Shown here: positions 59,936 to 64,000 of the stretch, in pieces
Layout of the letters: every line of letters begins with the position of its first letter
How positions within the stretch are numbered: position 1 is the stretch's first letter
Source: Bugula neritina
Lineage: Eukaryota > Animalia > Bryozoa
Assembly: GCA_964035545.1 (NCBI GenBank)
Contig: OZ037768.1
Coordinates: 21,063,700-21,127,699 of the forward strand
Length of the DNA: 64,000 nucleotides
Reading direction: 5' to 3'
Notes under the pieces: model-generated
What the model was told of the DNA's origin: nothing
The model's input: only the letters and a program-made list of their open reading frames with translations
Databases searched by the model: none
Translations under genes and position numbers: made by a program

Positions 59936-61230
59936 ATTCTGATTCTGATACTAAGTTTGATTTTAATACTGTTCTCCAGGCGCTATCAGCAGCTATGGGA
60001 ATTACTTTACCAGACACGCAATCAGGTATTTCTTCTAGACTAGATCCTCCAGTTACGGAGTCTAGTCAAACTAGAATAGACTGGTCTTTATTAGACTTAC
60101 TTGGTTCTGATTTCTTAGAACCGGAGGCCGAGATGGATCTTGGAGATGACTCTGCCATTGATACTTTGTTGAATCATGACGTGGGCTCAGTCAATTTCTG
60201 CGATACACCTCGGCCCTCGGTTTTTAATTTAACTCCATACACACCTGTGCCGAATTTTGGCGATAGTGAGACCGGCTTATCACAGCCTCTACTATCTATT
60301 CTAGAGGAGCGTATGGACATTGAGGAGGCCAGTCAGTCCGACTCCCCTCTCCCACCGGCCCCTGCTTCGGTTTCTCACAGCCAGCAGGCCGCCACCTCCT
60401 CCACAGAGGTGTGTTCCGCCATCGTTAGTGGCCCTGACCCCAAACCGGTGGAGCTTCAGCTCACGGCCGGGGAGGAGCAGGGCATCCTACACGGCGACCA
60501 CCTGCCAGCCGAAGAAGATGACTCCCCAATACTGGCCCTGCCTCCGGCCCTGGTCGCCCGCCAGTATTGGGTAACTGGACCCACCAATCTCAAGATTGGT
60601 GAAGCTTGTGGTGAGCCGGGCAACCGCATCTGCCATCAGTGCAAGAGGAAGTTCTCCTCTGCACGGCGGTTGCGTGTACACGCCTCACAGCACTACATCA
60701 ACGTGTTTTGCTCGTGTGGGGAATTCTCTTACCAGAGAGACTATGTGTTGAGACATCAACGCATAGCTCACTGCCACACGAGCTACACGTTCGCTGTAGA
60801 CCAGGCCTCTTTTCCTGAGTTTCGGGACCTGGTACTGCCACACGTGGCGGATCCCCATAAACGGGCTGCTCTCGCCCTGGGATTCCCCGCGTGTAGGCCT
60901 GTTCGGGAGGAAGAAGGGGAGCCCGCCGCGACACCCCAACCGGCAGCCACCCAGCCACTTCGGGTCATGCTGGCACGGGTCGGACCAGGCGCCAGGACCG
61001 ATTCATCGGACGTGGGCCCCCGGCCCTCGGCGGCGGGCGAGAAGCAGACGCACCGCCAACGACGTCCTAGCCATAGTACCACCGACCGCCCCAGACACCA
61101 GACGTCGGCCCAGTTGGCAGAAGAGGTACAACATCTACGCCGGCAGCTCCGCAGGTATGAGGAGGAGTTGGGGCAACTCAGGAGACGTGTAAGCCGCCTA
61201 GAGCGGGGCCGATCTGGAGACCGCCGCTGA
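59659..61230 (+). CDS. Extra retrotransposon ORF3: acidic/Pro-rich region, two C2H2-like zinc fingers, C-terminal coiled coil
   Basis: 523-codon ORF (first ATG 59758) with CHQCKRKFSSARRLRVHASQH, CSCGEFSYQRDYVLRHQRIAH and heptad LAEEVQHLRRQLRRYEEELGQLRRRVSRLE. Confidence 0.8.
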   Translation: MAPSRGQPPRTDYHPILVGNSLHHPGEFHQEEEMADRISEDTRSRELSFRNPGEIPTGHATRASAGNTSEARGSAISSSDFTQLARQLQLKLNSDSDTKFDFNTVLQALSAAMGITLPDTQSGISSRLDPPVTESSQTRIDWSLLDLLGSDFLEPEAEMDLGDDSAIDTLLNHDVGSVNFCDTPRPSVFNLTPYTPVPNFGDSETGLSQPLLSILEERMDIEEASQSDSPLPPAPASVSHSQQAATSSTEVCSAIVSGPDPKPVELQLTAGEEQGILHGDHLPAEEDDSPILALPPALVARQYWVTGPTNLKIGEACGEPGNRICHQCKRKFSSARRLRVHASQHYINVFCSCGEFSYQRDYVLRHQRIAHCHTSYTFAVDQASFPEFRDLVLPHVADPHKRAALALGFPACRPVREEEGEPAATPQPAATQPLRVMLARVGPGARTDSSDVGPRPSAAGEKQTHRQRRPSHSTTDRPRHQTSAQLAEEVQHLRRQLRRYEEELGQLRRRVSRLERGRSGDRR

Positions 61231-61524
61231 GACTATTTGTATAGTATTTTCCTTTCCTGTTCTTATTGCTTTGTTTTTTTTTTGTGTGTGTAAATTCTTT
61301 CATGTAATGTTATGTACTTATTCATGCTCTGTTTTTCTTGTGTGTGCACAATTTTCCCTGTTTTTTTATTATTGTATTATTAATATCACTGCATGGCTAC
61401 CGTAATTGTTCTTTTTGTGTGTTACCTATCAACTGTGTGTTTTATTGTCGTGTCATTTCCTGTTGTGTGTTTGATGTTGTATACGCCTCTATATCGGAAA
61501 GCATGCTTTCCGATGGGGGGTGTG

Positions 61525-61912
61525 TGTGGTAAATTTATGTTGTGTGTGTGTGTCCTTTGTTGCCGAGATCGGCACTTTGGTCCTCCGAAACACCGATATG
61601 CCGATTCTCGGCATATCGGAATACCGAAGTGCCGAAATGCCGGATTCGGCATTTTGGATTCTCGAGGTGCCGATATTCGGCATTTCGGGCCTCCGATCTC
61701 GGCAAACAAAGGAATGTCTTTGTCCTGCATGTATATAAAAGCCAGCGAGTTTCAGTGTAGATTCAGTCTACTACTGGAGCTCGCTGGATACAGACTATTG
61801 GATCACTCGGACTACAATAAAGCTATCTTATCTTCTACCTTATTTCTCGCCTTGTTTCTCATAACAAGCATGTAAAGCACTAGTTTCATTCATAACCCAC
61901 AAAACTATCACA
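61525..61912 (+). repeat. 3' LTR
   Basis: Direct repeat of 53930-54317, followed by CTAT. Confidence 0.96.
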
Positions 61913-62351
61913 CTATATTATTGTATATATGATCCTTTCCTAGTCTTGGTAAATTAACTCATTAATTCTGTAATGTTGGTTTGGCTATTCGCTGTAGTTG
62001 TTGATTATCAAGATGGGTTATTTCAATTTAACATTAGCTTTCAGCTAGATTTTGTAAGCATGATAGATATAAGAAATACATATTTCATAATTTTAAAACC
62101 CGAAGGAAGCTCTGTTTTTTACTGTCAAAGGGAACAAAAACCACTGCATCTACTAAGCATTGATATCATAAAACAAATCATGTAGGTAACACAGCAATAT
62201 GTCTATGTTATATGTAAAACAGTATTACTGCCCTAGAGTGGAGAGCTACACTAATTAGTTTTTTAATAATCTGTATCCAAAACACATCAGTTGGTTTTTG
62301 AACATTAAGGCTATAAAGCTCTCAGAATAGTACAAGTGCACTGCAAGTTTG

Positions 62352-62620
62352 GTGTAAGTTTAGTGTAAGTTTAGTGTAAGTTTAGTGTAAATGTAGTGTA
62401 AGTGTAGTGTAAATTTAGTGTAAGTGTAGTGTAAGTGTAGTGTAAGTTTAGTGTAAGTTTAGTGTAAGTGTAGTGTAAGTGTAGTGTAAGTGTAGTGTAA
62501 GTATAGTGTAAGTGCAGTGTAAGTGTAGTGTAAGTATAGTGTAAGTGCAGTGTGAGTGTAGTGTAAGTGTAGTGTAAGTGTAGTGTAAGTATAGTGTAAG
62601 CGTAGTGTAAGCTTAGTGTA
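62352..62620. repeat. (GTGTAA/GTGTAG-type) short tandem repeat, paralogous to 21660-21885
   Basis: Same repeat and same downstream flank (CAGCCTATCACAAACTG). Confidence 0.9.
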
Positions 62621-63407
62621 ATGAATCCCCTACATGACATCACACATGACTCTACTAAGACTTGATTTTTCAGCCTATCACAAACTGTGTTATGTTAAAC
62701 CAGTCTTCTGATCAAAGAGCTATGTTATTAGGTGCAGAATTGAAAATTTTTGCTCAACTTAGACTTTTTATAATTGCTTAGTTGGCTTTTGAGTTTGAAA
62801 AGTGATTTTATTGTCGAACATAGTTTCATTCTACACAGCTCCAGTACTAAAACTAGTGGTTTTAGAAAACAAGTTGCAGCTTTATTCTAAACTTTGTTGA
62901 GTTCCTGCTTCATCTGTGTTAAAAGTATTACAAAACCAAGCTAGACAAAGTAATTAATATATATGCCTATAATGTGTTATGTATATTGAAAAATTGCACT
63001 TTAGACCTTGTATCATAGATATCCAAATAATTTAATCAGTATAACTGTTATTATATATATACTACACTTATTCTAATAAGGTGTTTTTATTCATAGTATT
63101 GGTGTTCTATTTATAGGAGTAAAACTACCAGAGTTGAAACGTTTTACAAACCAAAAAAGTTGCCTATATAATAATTCCAGAAAGACAGACATTTATATTT
63201 ATACATGATGCAAAACATTAAATTGTCTTCTATAAAGTAAAAAGTAAAAGTAAAGTAAAAGTAAAACACTCTTTCAAAGTTAATCAGGTTGTTGATAAAA
63301 TTTTCTGTAAACATATAGCATGGTTTTATCCCTAAATTATCTAATCACCATGTATTTAAAAAGTGCATTAGCAAATTTTATATAATTATATATATATATG
63401 AATATAT

Positions 63408-63448
<41 letters not shown>

Positions 63449-63860
63449 CCTCAATCTGTGGACAGCAGCTGTTTCGGGGTTTGTCCCCTCATCAGCACAG
63501 AACAGAGTACCATGGCCCACACCTTCGCAATAGTAGAAACTTATGTTTCTACTAAAGTATATTTAAAAGGTGTGTATACTCAAGCCAGAGAGCTCAAGTG
63601 ACTCTAGGGGTCACCTAGGAGTCACGAGCCTTGCAAAATGCTAGCAGCTTGAGTTTGTGACTATGGTGAGAGAGCTCAATCACTGAATGTCATTGCTGAG
63701 CATTGAATGAGAGCATAGTACCTCAATCGGTGGACAGCAGCTGTTTCGGGGTTTGTCCCCTCATCAGCACAGAACAGAGTACCATGGCCCACACCTTCGC
63801 AATAGTAGAAACTTATGTTTCTACTAAAGCATATTTAAAAGGTGTGTAAACTCAAGCATA
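63449..63860 (-). mobile_element. Retrozyme-like tandem repeat, 272-nt unit, two type I hammerheads (63455-63501, 63727-63773)
   Basis: About 1.5 tandem units, each with CTGATGA/GAAA core and GUC site, inserted in a TA tract within LRR-intron-like DNA. Confidence 0.85.
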
Positions 63861-64000
63861 TATATATATGCATGCATTTTATTTTCTAAAAAACCACAAG
63901 TAGTTTAATTTGAGTAGTTTCAGTGCTCTGTAAACTCAACATTTTAAAGCTGTTGCACTGAATTCTGCATATAATGCTATTTTTTCTAATGCTGTAAAAT

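Larger units (their letters stand above)
53930..61912 (+). mobile_element. Full-length Ty3/Gypsy LTR retrotransposon with an additional 3' ORF
   Basis: LTRs 53930-54317 and 61525-61912 (388 bp, TG..CA, about 7 differences), CTAT TSD, PBS 54319-54336, G-rich PPT about 61512-61524, domain order gag-PR-RT-RH-IN. Confidence 0.97.

Noticed and set aside
54338-61082. Many overlapping antisense and alternate-frame ORFs in the Gypsy element
   Set aside because: Expected in GC-rich coding DNA; no motifs found.
59659-61230. ORF3 as an envelope gene
   Set aside because: No signal peptide, fusion peptide or transmembrane helix; it has zinc-finger and coiled-coil features instead.

Overview
AT-rich, intron-containing animal (invertebrate-like) genomic DNA; the species cannot be determined from sequence alone. 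The centrepiece is a 16-coding-exon plus-strand gene (about 28.1-48.5 kb, about 1429 aa; every junction hand-checked for GT-AG and phase). It encodes an N-cap, six near-identical symmetric phase-2 LRR cassette exons, a Roc GTPase, a COR region and a C-terminal caspase domain with an atypical EVCSG catalytic motif. This looks like a one-chain receptor-switch-protease death/immune protein whose LRR cassettes vary mainly at predicted ligand-facing positions. A second paralogue appears to begin at about 53 kb. Between the two lies a small two-exon gene with a BH3-like motif and a hydrophobic tail. The left part has two tandem copies of a five-exon secreted uromodulin/GP2-type D8C-domain gene and a C2H2 zinc-finger pseudogene. 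Mobile DNA is abundant: a near-intact Ty3/Gypsy element (388-bp LTRs, CTAT target-site duplication (TSD), -1 frameshift signal, extra C2H2/coiled-coil ORF), a related solo LTR and gag relic, a composite Penelope-like element, six hammerhead ribozyme motifs including a 272-nt retrozyme-like tandem, foldback mariner and Sola2-like elements, a hAT-type element, RTE LINE fragments and many simple repeats. All alignments were done by eye; no database searches were run.
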